A stretch of 61,610 nt of DNA, the filler included, from Circinaria calcarea (lineage: Eukaryota), in assembly GCA_051942165.1 (NCBI GenBank). It is 7 parts of 7 records of this genome, joined end to end, with 100 filler letters (N's around TTAATTAATTAA, not from the genome) between each part and the next. Parts side by side here need not be neighbours in the genome. Positions count along the whole stretch, not along the records: positions 8,826 to 17,543 come from JAVECS010001060.1; positions 17,644 to 26,361 come from JAVECS010001061.1; 5 more parts are not named here. One strand, written 5' to 3'. The position numbers were made by a program, and so were the translations under genes. Shown one piece after another: positions 12,666 to 24,216 of the stretch; position 1 is the stretch's first letter, and each line of letters begins with the position of its first letter. The notes beneath the pieces were generated by a model that was not told where the DNA came from, made no database searches, and worked only from the letters and a program-made list of their open reading frames with translations.

Positions 12666-13736
12666 ATGGATCCTCTACAGAGCTTCACATTCCTCACGGC
12701 GAGCCTGCCTGACTGGATCACCCGGATTGACAAACTCTCGGCCCAAATAGCCCAACGCCACTCCGAATTCCGACGGCTCTCACAAGGCTCCCGACTCGTG
12801 AAAAGTTCTCGGAAGAAGAAGACTAGCTCGACCGAGTCCTTACGTCGGGAGCCTGAAGACACGCTGGGCAGTGACAATGACCATACTACCCATCCCACCA
12901 CACCTTCTTCGCCGAACCACATTGAAATTGACCCCAGCAACAAGCATCTTTTCCAAGAAGTCAGGGAAGCCCGGAGGCGATGCAGGCCTACCTCCATCCC
13001 GTCAGGCGCTTCGGGACCTCGGCGATACCGGACCCGAACGTCACTGGTGATTTACTACGATTCCGCCATACAAGAAGAGTTCGGAGTGCTGGTACGGAAT
13101 ATCGGTAGCGCGAGGAACAACATTAGGAAAGGCAAAGCAAACGCGACCTTCAAGACACGAATGGCATCTATGGGACGGGAGCACGGTCCATCAGAACTGC
13201 CAAAGCTCCTAAAAAATCGAGACGCTTCCCTACTCGTCAAGAGTCCCGACTTTGAACCGTTTGAACCGTTTGAGCTGGTCGATAGGGACCTGGAGGCTGC
13301 CCAAAGCTTCTGCGAAGTAGGCGCTCACCAATTTCTTCGCGAGGGAAATTGCAGAGAGGAAGTTCAAGGCGTCAAAGAGAGATTCGAAAGCTGCTTGAAG
13401 GTAGCCGAGCAGCAAGTGGCTAAACTAGAGATTGACCGACAGAAGGAAACTGAACAAAAGAAACAGAATGAGAGGGAAGGGGAAGCGAAGCAGGAGAGAA
13501 GACGGTTGGAGCTGCAGGATCTGGCGGCGGAAATTGCCGTGGAGGAGGATCCAACAGCTGAAACAGATAAGGTGGTGGAGGTGGACATTGCTGCCATCAA
13601 GGTCGACGAGAAATTAAGCTCGTACAACTTCCCGGGTATAGGGGCTATTGAGGTGGACGATGAGTCGGACGGTAGTTCAGTACACATTGATCTGTCGGCG
13701 TTTCGGAGCGCTCGAAGGGCACTGAATTATGGATAG
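12666..13736 (+). CDS. conserved fungal hypothetical protein (coiled-coil, acidic C-terminus)
   Basis: Long single ORF from ATG 12666 with conserved-looking blocks VIYYDSAIQEEF..LVRNIGSARNNIRKGK and LEAAQSFCEVGAHQFLREGNC. Confidence 0.75.
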   Translation: MDPLQSFTFLTASLPDWITRIDKLSAQIAQRHSEFRRLSQGSRLVKSSRKKKTSSTESLRREPEDTLGSDNDHTTHPTTPSSPNHIEIDPSNKHLFQEVREARRRCRPTSIPSGASGPRRYRTRTSLVIYYDSAIQEEFGVLVRNIGSARNNIRKGKANATFKTRMASMGREHGPSELPKLLKNRDASLLVKSPDFEPFEPFELVDRDLEAAQSFCEVGAHQFLREGNCREEVQGVKERFESCLKVAEQQVAKLEIDRQKETEQKKQNEREGEAKQERRRLELQDLAAEIAVEEDPTAETDKVVEVDIAAIKVDEKLSSYNFPGIGAIEVDDESDGSSVHIDLSAFRSARRALNYG

Positions 13737-14793
13737 CATCTATTTCTATATGACCGTGCTTCCCTTGGGGGATGCAGCCGAGGAGTTCAGATACCATTTG
13801 CTTGTCCCAACACCATGATGCCCTTTCCCTTTGCGCCGATTAATTCCGTAAGGGAGGGATTGTGTTGCTTACTTTATACAGTCGCCGCTGGCTTCGGACA
13901 AAAGAAAAGAAGACAGCAGTGGAAATGGAACATTGGTTGCTCCATCTCTCCTCCACTTTCATTAGGTGACCGTAACGGCGACACCGAGCTCATCGTCTCT
14001 TTTGATTCCATGACTTCATTTCTACATGCAAGCCCGCCTTCCTGCCAACCTTCCTGCCAACCCCAGACCTTCCTGGAAAATGAGCCATGTTCCGACCCAC
14101 GTTTGAAGTGACTTCAGGATCGGGGAGGCAGTGATTTGCCACCCGGTGAATAAGGTCACCTTGGGCAAAGAGTTCACATGAGAGTTCACTTGGTTCGCTA
14201 CGATCCGTCCAATACAGCAGGCCCAGGCTATTCCTTCCGCTTCGCAGCTTGTTAAGAACCAACCACCACTGTGAGTCAATTTGATCCTTTGAAGGCGTCA
14301 GTCCTCCGCCGTCGAAGAAATACCCACGTCCATGACCGATGCTGTTGATCTCACGAGACAATCTCCGCCGCGCTCGCCCTGATTCCCGGAAAGCGAAGGG
14401 TTGGAGAGGTTGGATGAAGTCCTAGGGTACAAGTCATGTTTTCAACCTACAGTCTCGGGAAACGCTTTCTGTTGAAGGTCTTGTTTGCTACCGACAGTGG
14501 CTCCGTTGGGATATTGCCGCTCTACTGCACCAACGGGAGATACGGATGAAATGAAGGATCAAGCTTCTCGGCTGCAATTGCCGGCCGGAATTTTTCTCTC
14601 TCTCCTGCACCGCCTCAGCCTCGGGGTGTCCTTAGCCTAACCCTATTCCATCCTCACCCTAGTCTGTCCGACCCCGCCAACTTCATTTGACGGGCGGTGT
14701 ATAAATATATATCATTCACGCGACTGCAGTCACCTTCCACCATCACTCACCTCTCTCATCTCGTTCCTCAACGCATACAACCTTTCCGCACAG

Positions 14794-16827
14794 ATGGCTG
14801 CCCGAAACGTGGAAGATCTTATCGACGATCTGCCCTCCTCCGACAATGATGGATCCCCATCTCCAGGTCCTGCAGGGCTATCAGACATAGGAAATTCACT
14901 GACGAGAGGCTCAAGCTCCGATGCCAGCGATACCATCGTTGTACTACCTCGTCTATCAAGCCGAATCAAGCCCAAGAATAGTAAAGTCAGTTCCTCACCA
15001 AACCCGAGGCGGCGTGTTACACGTGGCGCTGTTGCCCGAAAGAAGCCTAACTATGACATGAAGTACCACCCCATGGATGTGGTCACGCGTCCCAATGCCA
15101 AAAGGACAAAGGTAGCCGAAGCTGAGGAGGACAACTCCCCTTCCCCCAGCGGCGAAGGACGGAAGACACGTAGCAAGTCCGTTGGAGTTAAGAAAGTAAA
15201 GTATGACATTTCCTTCCACCATCTTGATGACAATTCCTCTTCTAACTCGCAATGCCTCAGTAGCCGGTCAGAAACCTCGGGCGTGTTCAATCGAGAGAGC
15301 TTATTTACTCAACCCATCGAAGATGACTGGCTAGACCTCAGCGATTTTGATCGTCGGGTGTACCTCCTGCAGCGAGGCTCTCCAATCAAAGGTACCGCCA
15401 TTCCATTGAAATGGTCCAAAGTAGCAGAGATTCTTATCAGCGAGAAATACCTCACTCGAAAGCAGCTCAAGGACTGGGGCGGCGAAGTAGAATTGAGGCA
15501 GAGGTACGAGCGTGTTCGACTGCAGATGGAGGCCTTCTTCGGAGCAGACAAAGAACCGGAGAATCGAAAGGACTGGAAAGTCTATCAGATGGAAGGCTTC
15601 GAAGTATATGATCTCCCATCTACCTACCCAGCGAAGCCCAATGGGAAGGGTTGGGGGTCACAAGCTGAAGCCACAGACGAACGAGAGATGGAATCGGAGG
15701 ATGAGATGGAGGATATCGATGACGATCTAATCGATCACCAGCTTGGTTCAGAAATTGCGAACCGCCATCTTTCCGCCCGCTATCAAGTGCAAGTTGATGG
15801 ATTATCAGACGAGCCATCCGGATCGATGCATGAAGTTCGGGATGAATTGATGGATTCTATTGACGAAGTGACAATGACCGAGGGAGAAGTCGGAAGGGAG
15901 AATGAACACCATCTAGGTCAACTTGAAGTGGTTGACATCGTCTTGAGTGACCGCGCTAATACCTCCATTGCGGCATCTCCCTTATCAAAAGATTGGGTTT
16001 ATTCAACAGAAGCTTGGCAAACTACTGTAGCCCCTATGGCTAGCGTGATACAAACATCTGGGATAGAAGGTGGAGAAATCATACTACCGGTGGCCTCCAT
16101 TGAGAATGAGTCCGCTCATGATAAAGTATGGGCATCGAGCGATCCTGCTGCCGACACCAGCATCAAGTCAGCTCGAGATGATTCCGTGCGAGGATTGAGT
16201 GAGTCCGCGGCTCTAACTCGAGATCTAAAGGGCTTGTTCCCTCATGCTGCCGAAAGCTTTGATGCAGCGAATCCTCGAGAAACGTCCCAGACACAGCACA
16301 CGACTCCGCTCAACTCTAAGAAAATGAAGCGCACTGCATCCTCGGCGGCCACTTTTACTATTCACGAGGACCCAGAAGGTACTAACCTCGAGGTCAATGA
16401 GAGAGTGGCGCTGCACCCGATTTCTCCAGCAACAGACATACCCAAAGAGAATTTTGGACGAACCAACCATGATGATCTCGACCTGCCTTCTCGGCAGTTG
16501 TTGAATGATTGGGGTCTCAGGGATCGCACAGCCCGAGCTAATGAAGCTACCGATGTATCCGCTAGTGCTGTTCTGCCTGGTGCTTCGCAGACCAGTTCTT
16601 CATCAACTCGCAGGCGACCAGTGTTTCAGCCTTTGGCTTTGGATTACAACCTGGATGTCGTTATTGAAGTAATAAGGATTACACCCAGAGCAACATCTGT
16701 TCCCACTGGTGCGTCCTCCGGCATATCCACCGTTACAACGGGAACCGCCGCACAGAATTTCATTGAAGGGAGTATAAGAAGGCAGCGACTTGCTCGCGCT
16801 AGAGCAGAAGATTGGATGAATGATTGA
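14794..16827 (+). CDS. hypothetical, largely disordered protein (677 aa)
   Basis: Uninterrupted 677-aa ORF; Ser/acidic-rich with a central globular block (DRRVYLLQRGSP…LKWSKVAEIL…WGG…RYERVR); TATA-like TATAAATATATAT at about 14700. Confidence 0.7.
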   Translation: MAARNVEDLIDDLPSSDNDGSPSPGPAGLSDIGNSLTRGSSSDASDTIVVLPRLSSRIKPKNSKVSSSPNPRRRVTRGAVARKKPNYDMKYHPMDVVTRPNAKRTKVAEAEEDNSPSPSGEGRKTRSKSVGVKKVKYDISFHHLDDNSSSNSQCLSSRSETSGVFNRESLFTQPIEDDWLDLSDFDRRVYLLQRGSPIKGTAIPLKWSKVAEILISEKYLTRKQLKDWGGEVELRQRYERVRLQMEAFFGADKEPENRKDWKVYQMEGFEVYDLPSTYPAKPNGKGWGSQAEATDEREMESEDEMEDIDDDLIDHQLGSEIANRHLSARYQVQVDGLSDEPSGSMHEVRDELMDSIDEVTMTEGEVGRENEHHLGQLEVVDIVLSDRANTSIAASPLSKDWVYSTEAWQTTVAPMASVIQTSGIEGGEIILPVASIENESAHDKVWASSDPAADTSIKSARDDSVRGLSESAALTRDLKGLFPHAAESFDAANPRETSQTQHTTPLNSKKMKRTASSAATFTIHEDPEGTNLEVNERVALHPISPATDIPKENFGRTNHDDLDLPSRQLLNDWGLRDRTARANEATDVSASAVLPGASQTSSSSTRRRPVFQPLALDYNLDVVIEVIRITPRATSVPTGASSGISTVTTGTAAQNFIEGSIRRQRLARARAEDWMND

Positions 16828-17543
16828 GCTGTCAAATTGCATCATGACTCTGGAGTTTGCCGACGGCTGGTAGAGGATCTGATTACGCTGTCCCTCGGTT
16901 CCATCGGAGTATGGAGTGGTGTTTTCGTATTCCTACCTCATAGCATCTTTACTGCTACGTCTCAGATGTGTCGCTGAAAAACACGGGTTTACTCATCTAT
17001 GGCTGGCTACCTAAGTTGTCAGAATAGCAAATGGTGGATTATCGTCGGAGGAAGAGCCTGAATAGATACTCGGAGCATCTGTATTCATACTGTCGTTACC
17101 ATTGTACTTGTTGTTACTTCCGAGCGTGCTCCTGAATCTATCTGTGGCTATTTTCAAGACCATCATTTGGCTTCATCACTAAATCTGTTTTGCCTCCAGA
17201 GCTCCATAAAAAAGTTACGAGTCGTTTGGTACGATGTCACATGAGCGATTCGTACCCGTTTGCGTGTTTGGATTGCTGATCGGAGATGGACATGTTCCTG
17301 GCATTTATTTAGCTCACCATCTTTAGCTAGGATAGATTTAGCTTATATCTCAACCCAAAGGGGGCAATGAACTGCAGATTTTAAAAAGCCTTTTCTCCCC
17401 CCCCCCCCCTTTCTTATTTTCTCCTCCTCCGTTATAGAAAAATTCTAACCCAGAAGCAAATCAGACTTGCTCCGCTCCGCTCCGCTCCGCTCATCTCTTT
17501 CCTTTTTTTTTTTAAAAAAAAAAACTAAATTAAGAGCTCTTAC

Positions 17544-17643
17544 NNNNNNNNNNNNNNNNNNNNNNNNNNNNNNNNNNNNNNNNNNNNTTAATTAATTAAN
17601 NNNNNNNNNNNNNNNNNNNNNNNNNNNNNNNNNNNNNNNNNNN
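17544..17643. other. artificial contig spacer
   Basis: N44-TTAATTAATTAA-N44. Confidence 0.99.
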
Positions 17644-20073
17644 GCGAACTCTATGAAAGCGTAATGCTTAGATTTACCCGTCGACTTGTTACGTGAGAGA
17701 CGAAGTCGTTTGATGGTTCCGAATTGAGTGAAGTAAGCGTGCATCTCGTGTTCGTAGAAGCCATGAGGAATACGACTACGGTCAGCGAGTTAGCATTCGG
17801 AGCCTTGATACAAACACAGAAGATCAAAATATATACCCAATGTAAACTACACCAGGCTCATTCTCCTTGCCCGTGATATTCTTCAGCTTCTTAGATGTCT
17901 CTTCTACATTCGGTAGTTCAGGAATAGCTTGTCCTTGCATAAACGTTTCACCTTCGGTAACATCCTCGTCGCCGCTGCTTTCAAACCCCTTGAGTAGAGC
18001 GGCAGTCTGATCGTCTTCCTCGGATTCTTCACCATCATGGCCTTCTATCTGGGCTGTTGCGTCCTTATCCCCAGCCGCCTCGTCATTATCGTCAAATCCG
18101 CCGAATTCCTGAGTCTTACTTGATTCGTCTTTGGCCTTTTCCTTGCCTTTCTTGGACATGGAGGCTTTTGCGGCTTTCTTTTCGACTTTCTTCTTTTCAT
18201 CTATAGCCCCAGAAGCCACTTCAGTCACATCATTCATGATAGACTTTTGAGCGCTATCAGCTAGTTTTCCGACGTATTTCTTTGCCGCACGGGCTCCTCT
18301 CTTTGCGGTCTCCAGGGTGGTAGGCACGATCTCAGCCAAGTCGCTTACATACTTCGTTGCAGCGCCAGCTCCTTCTTTTGCGGTGTCGAGACTCGAATTA
18401 TTTTCAGTCAGGTCGCTTACATAGTTCTTTGCTGCGCTAGCTCCTTGTCTTGCGCTATCTAGACTTGGAACATTATCAGCTAGGTCACCCACGTACTTCT
18501 TTGCTGTATCAGCTCCTTGCTTTACAGTCTCTAGACTTGGTGCACTATCGGCTAAATCGCCTACGTGTTTTTTGGCTTCACTGGCTCCCTTTTCAATGGT
18601 TTCCAGGCTGGGCGCACTATCAGCAAGATCTTTAGCAAAGGTCTCCGCTGCGCCGATTTGACCTTTGGCGCTGTCTAGGCCAGGGGTGACATCGATTAGA
18701 TCTTCGATATAATGCTTTGCAGCTGTGACTCCATGGGCGGCGACCTCTACACCTGAAGAGAGGAGACCTTTGACTTTCTTGCCTGCAGATTCCGTGGAGC
18801 TGGACTTGGTCTTCTTTGGCTTCTTCGCCGATACAGCTTCCGTGAGCTGATCGACAACATTTGAAATCTTGTCATCTATCTCAGATTCGCTGGGGGCCTT
18901 TCGCTTTTTCGACTTCGATGACTCTGCTTTTGTAGAGTCCTGAGCGCTACTGTCCTCTACAGGCTTCTTAGTCTTCTTGGACCTCTCGGATTTCTTGGGG
19001 ACGGTCAAAGCCTCAGCATCGCTGGCTTTATTTGCGCTGTCCTTTGGCAACTTTGCCTTGTCCGTCTTTGCGTTTTTTGATGGCTTCTGTTCAGCCATCT
19101 CCGAGATTCCGGTAGAGTCAGTTGAGCCTTTAGCTTTGGCATTCGTTGAAGAACCAGATGATCCTACGACAATTTCATCCTCCATGGGTTCATCGATGGC
19201 GACTATTGCGGTCTGGTCTGTTTCCTTCGCCACGTTCTTCTTTGATTTGGGCCGACCCCTTTTTGCCTTTGCTTTGGTCTCAGGTGATCCTTTATTCGTA
19301 GCTGCTGGTGGAGCCTCATCAGGATCCGCTACGTGTGACGATTTTCGCTTGGAGGCTCCCTTGGGACTCTTGGCCTTCTCAACGGGTTCTACGACAGGCG
19401 AATGACGCAAGTCATGGCCACCAACGATGTGGTGTTCGGCGAGTTCTCCGAGTGCGGACGCGCCTTGATCCTCCTTCTTGGCCTTCTTAGACTTTGTCGA
19501 TGCTTTTCCATCTTGCTTCTTCGCAACCTTTTCTACCTCTACCGAAACAGAGTTCTTCTCCTTCTTTGATGCTTTAGTTTTCTTCGCTTTTGGCGCTTGG
19601 ACCTCATCATCCTCGGGCTCAACCTCCTCGGGCTCAACCTCCACCATGTCTCCGCCAGGATATATTTTTGCGGTCTTAATCGGATGGCCATCTACCTTAC
19701 TTGGCTTCTGATTGCTAGCAACTGTGGTTTTTGCTTTCTTCTTTGGTTTTTCAGACTTTGCCTCTTCTGCCATTTCCGATGGCTCACCATCTTCACCTTG
19801 GAAGGAATCAGCGGCGCGTTTACGTGATTTGCTGGGCTGCGCATCGGTTTTGGATGCATCTTCAGTGACCGGTGCTGTGCTCTTCCGGGTGGACTTAGTG
19901 GTCTTGGGTTTTCCCGCAGGCGCTGCGGTGGTCTCTTTGGCGGGCTTTGACGCGCTTTTGGGCGTCGCCACTATAGTCGTGATAGAGAAGTCAATGAATG
20001 GTCGCATGGAAAACGTTCATCGACAATGTGTCATCTTACCCTTGCGCTGCTTATTCTTGCTATCTGTTGCCAT
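17644..20073 (-). CDS. NOP15: Nop15/NIFK-like nucleolar RRM protein (ribosome biogenesis) with long Lys-rich N-terminus; 3' end lost at gap
   Basis: ATG 20073 (MATDSKNKQRK), GTAAG intron, long K/E-rich exon ending EEDDQTAALLKGFESS…PGVVYIG, intron, then RIPHGFYEHEMHAYFTQFGTIKRLRLSRNKSTGKSKHYAFIEF (Nop15 RRM). Confidence 0.85.
18247..18732 (-). repeat. in-frame ~24-aa (72-bp) tandem repeat, about 7 units, inside the NOP15 ORF
   Basis: GASEAKKHVGDLADSAPSLETVKQ / GADTAKKYVGDLADNVPSLDSARQ / GASAAKNYVSDLTENNSSLDTAKE / GAGAATKYVSDLAEIVPTTLETAKR / GARAAKKYVGKLADSAQ plus two degenerate upstream units. Confidence 0.9.
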
Positions 20074-20691
20074 TGTTGATATTGATATCACCAACACTGT
20101 CTTGTTATGGTCGTGATGAAATGGATTGTCGCGAGTTAACTTTTGCGCGGGGCTGTCTCGATCATACACTCGTTCACTGCTAGCGGGCCTCTCGGGCGTT
20201 TCGGGCAAAAGGTTCCGGTTCAAAGTGTCAACACAGGGAGATGGGACCTTCCACTACGTGTTGGAGATGGAATTGTAGAAATTATAGTTATAGGACCTTG
20301 ATGACTGCGGTTATCATGGAACTTTAATGCATTATAATTGACAATCACTTGGTCTGCAATTATCCAGATAAGATTTAGCATTCCTGACTACAAGAATTTG
20401 AGGGGATGATTTTGCTTTTAAAGCTCTCATAATACCATGCGACTCTCCGCAGGCTCATGGTGTAACCGACAAGGCAGTATGTATATGGACAGCACAACGG
20501 ATATTGGAAGCAACATTCGAGCTTCCATAAAGCTTGCTTCTCACCTGGGCAGATATTGACTGTAGAGGCAAGTTATAGAAAGTTCTTATCTATCTTGTAG
20601 AAAACTCTCGCAACGCCCACTTCGGAGCGCGCGGCCCTAGCTAACATGAGTAAGCAGTGATAAAGCCTTCGCCGTCACCAGGCCTTGGTCC

Positions 20692-21600
20692 TCATTTTGC
20701 CTTAATTGCCGCCCCTTCACTTCTGCGTAGGCTTTCCAACATCTTCTCCCTTTCTGCCAACTTCCCTCTTTCCTCTTTTAGCAGTAACTCCACATTCTTG
20801 TTCGCTTCTCCTAGCCGATCTAACTCCTTGGCCTCGGTCTCCAGACTAAAAGGATTGTCTGGGGTTTCCGCATATGGAATCTCCGCAGTCCTTTCACTAC
20901 CCTTTTTGAACGCTGCCTGCTTTGAGCCTTTTGAGCTTCCCTTCCCCCTGGTAGGCTGGGCAGCTCCACTTGTTAGGATCTCATAGAATGGCTCAACTGG
21001 CTCATTGAAGATGACTTCATCGTAGGTTTGACTTATGACGGGCTCTTTATTTTCCCGTTGCCGCTCAGCATCGGGTCCATAAGGATGCAGCTTCAGAGAA
21101 TGATAGACACTTTGCGGCTTCTCTCCCGCCTCGGTGACGAAAAAAAGCTTCATCGTAACCTCAAACTCTCCCCATCCGGTTTCTGTAACCTCGAAAGGGT
21201 CTGGAGCCTCGACGGTACGTAGTGACTGAGAGTACGTCTCATGAAGCTTGAACGTGACCTTCTTGAGCCAATAACTGATATCTTCATTGTCGATGCCTCG
21301 AAGCCAGACAGTCCATTGGTGAGTGTGCTCAAGGGGAATATTAGGTGGCCTTTTCTCGGGGTCGATCAGCTTGGCAATACTGCCATACGCTGCAAGATAA
21401 GATTAGCGCAAGCGTTTTCAGTGATACTAGAGAGATTCGACGCACTGAATGGCCTGTGGACAGCAATACCCTTTACACGAGGTCCTTTTTTAGTAAACAT
21501 GCTGAACTTAAATCAAATGTACGATGAAGGGAATGAAGTTGAAGAGTTATGTGAGGTTGAGTCATACCTTCACTCGCTTTGTTCCTGCTGGTGCAGGCAT
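20692..21600 (-). CDS. YAF9: YEATS-domain protein Yaf9 (NuA4/SWR1 subunit)
   Basis: [19 protein letters not shown]|…[12 protein letters not shown]…[11 protein letters not shown]…[14 protein letters not shown]…HSLKLHPYG…YDEVIFNEP; two GT-AG introns. Confidence 0.95.
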
Positions 21601-21971
21601 ATTCACAGAGTAGGTGTTTCTCTAAATGATTTAGGGCCTCTTCCTCATATCATCACTTGCTTGTGTTGATGCAATTCCAACAGACCTGGCCTATAATTTT
21701 ATAGTAGTTTATTAAACGTAATATGTGTTAGTTGATAGAACTCTTTAATCATAGAATACAATTCAACAAAAGTCTCACAGTCTGAAAGAGAAGACGCGAA
21801 GGTTTTGCAATTTCAGCAGATCACCGACATGGGTAGAAGTAAGGTTTAGCGCCGATGCTGGGAACTTACTAGTTCCCATATATGATAGTCATATTGACGT
21901 CGTCGAACTCGAGCTACAAAATCGCGATTAATGATCACAAGAACTTGCAACATGCATTTAGCGAATCCACA

Positions 21972-22952
21972 ATGATGGGAAAGAAAAAGATAGTAGTTTG
22001 TGGAGGCAACGGTTTTCTAGGTGATATCCTGATCCGACTCAAATTACAATTGCTAACTAACTGCCCTCGCTAGGCTCACGGATTTGTAAATCTGCTGTCG
22101 CTCGGGGCTGGGACGTCACGTCGATAAGTCGCTCAGGTGAGCCGGCTTGGTCGTCAGTCTCATCGTCTTCGGATCCTCCACCATGGTCAACGTCCGTATC
22201 CTGGCAGAAGGCGGATTTACTTAAGCCTGCCACGTACAAGCCGATGCTGAAAGATGCGGATGCCGTAGTACATTCAATGGGTATACTACTGGAAGCGGAC
22301 TACAAGAGAGTTCTGACAGGGAAGGAGTCAATATGGGGAGGCCTATCGAGAGCATTTAGTGCCACGAAGAAAGGCAGTCAGAATCCACTGGAAAGGAAGG
22401 AGGGGGAAGAGCTGAAGTCGCAGGAGAATGATGGTCAATTGACATACGAGTTGATGAATAGGGATTCTGGTACCCAATTCCCTTGTTTTCAAAACAAAGG
22501 ACGACACTAATACACACATGTCCCCAGCCATAACACTCGCTCAAGAGGCCTCCGATCAGAATGTTCCATCCTTCGTTTTCATATCTGCAGCTGCAGGCAC
22601 GCCGATTCTGCCTAAAAGATACATTACCACCAAAAGAGAGGCAGAATCAACCATTGCCTCATCATTCCCCAAACTTCGAAATATCTTCATCCGACCGGGG
22701 TTTCTATATGACTCATCCCGAACTTTTACGTTGCCAATAGCGTTCTTCGGGACTGCTGGAAGTATGGTGAACTCGATGGTCGGAGGGCGATTGACATGGT
22801 TGGCAGGAGCTGCTGTAGAAAAGCCATTGAAGGCAGATTTGGTGGCGGAGGCCGTGGTAGAAGCGATTGAGGATGATAGCGTAAAAGGTGTTGTGGGGAC
22901 CAGCAATATAGAAAGTCTTGCCAACAAGGCATGGCGGAGAGGAATGTTATAA
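21972..22952 (+). CDS. COQ11: NAD(P)-binding atypical SDR, Coq11/YLR290C-like
   Basis: KKIVVCGGNGFLG|SRICKSAVARGWDVTSISRSG (Rossmann motif), AVVHSMGILLEADYK, TYELMNRDS, FISAA…RYITTKREAE, RPGFLY; two introns. Confidence 0.85.
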
Positions 22953-23071
22953 TATCATCACTTATATTCCACCATACCATAACCTCATGAATCTTTGACA
23001 TGGAGTTCCTCAGAACTAGCTGAAGTACTCCTCGAGTTGATAGTAGCTTAACGGTATTTTCATAAAGTCCT

Positions 23072-23988
23072 TCATATCATCGTACCTCGTTCAAAGCTAT
23101 CTCGAATCTCCGCAGTGTACTAAAATAGTTTTAGCAAGAGCAGCCATTTATGTAAACTTGTCACGTACCTTGTTGTAGAAACGACCTAGACGCTCATTGA
23201 ATTTTTTATTGGCATCGTTGATGTAGGTAACATCGCCGTCGTCGTCGCCTTTGCCTCTATCCCGTCGCTTACGAAGTCGAGATTCTTCTGCCTTTCTCAG
23301 ATCCGTGACTAATCGATCAACGGCAGCACGGTCTGGCTTGTTCTCCACGAAGCCGGTACTGTCCGCCGTGGAATAGAAGGTGCCGTTCTTGTCGACAGCT
23401 ACAAGCTCTCCATCATCTGTTTCAACAATCTCAAGTCCCCCGCTCAAAGCTGCTCTTTGCACTGCATCGGCTTTCTCCTTTTCGTAACGTTCCACATCTG
23501 GTTTCATCTCCCGTAGCTGTCGTTTGTATACCTTCCTCGAGTCTTGCCTGTAATCCTGGAAGGCTACGTCATCACGGTGCTTTGATTTCTTCTCCATCCT
23601 CTTGTCCCATTTCTCGGATTCCTCGATGGTCCAATCCCATGCCCGCTTCCTTTCAAAATCTTCTCCGGCAGCATCAATGTCTGCCTTGAGTAGGTTGTGA
23701 GATGCGAAGGCTTGTTTCCGGGACAGTGAGGACAGTAGATTCGGATCGGTTGCAAGCCGTTGTGACTCCGCAGCTGCTTCTTTGAGATTGCGCTCAGCAG
23801 ACTTCTTCTAATAGTTTCTCAGTATGTGGCCATGATGTGAACACTTCACTGGGGTTACCTACTGCGCGCGCCTGAAGCGCCTTGAATCTAGCCTGCCTAT
23901 CTTCGGTCCTGTCTGTGACTGGGGTCGTTGAGTCCGTTGTTGGTGAAGGTTTGCTATCCTTGGTAGCCAAAGTTTCAGATGAAGACAT
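23072..23988 (-). CDS. SYF2: pre-mRNA splicing factor Syf2
   Basis: GEDFERKRAWDWTIEESEKWD…DVTYINDANKKFNERLGRFYNK|YTAEIRDSFERGTMI*; two introns. Confidence 0.95.
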
Positions 23989-24216
23989 TTCAGGCAGCTT
24001 TAATCCTATAAGTGTGCTTTGGATATGTTCCTTTCTGAGTCAATATCATCAACTAAAGCTTTGAAGCAGCCTCTTCGATAGAAAGTTCAAACCGAACAGT
24101 AGGGCTGACTCCAGCCCCGTCTTGGCACCGACTTCCCGACTTTAGGTGTGGCTCTCTACGTACAGAGCTTCATGTTTCCAGCGAAACAACCATTGTCATT
24201 GCATTCTCAAATTCCA

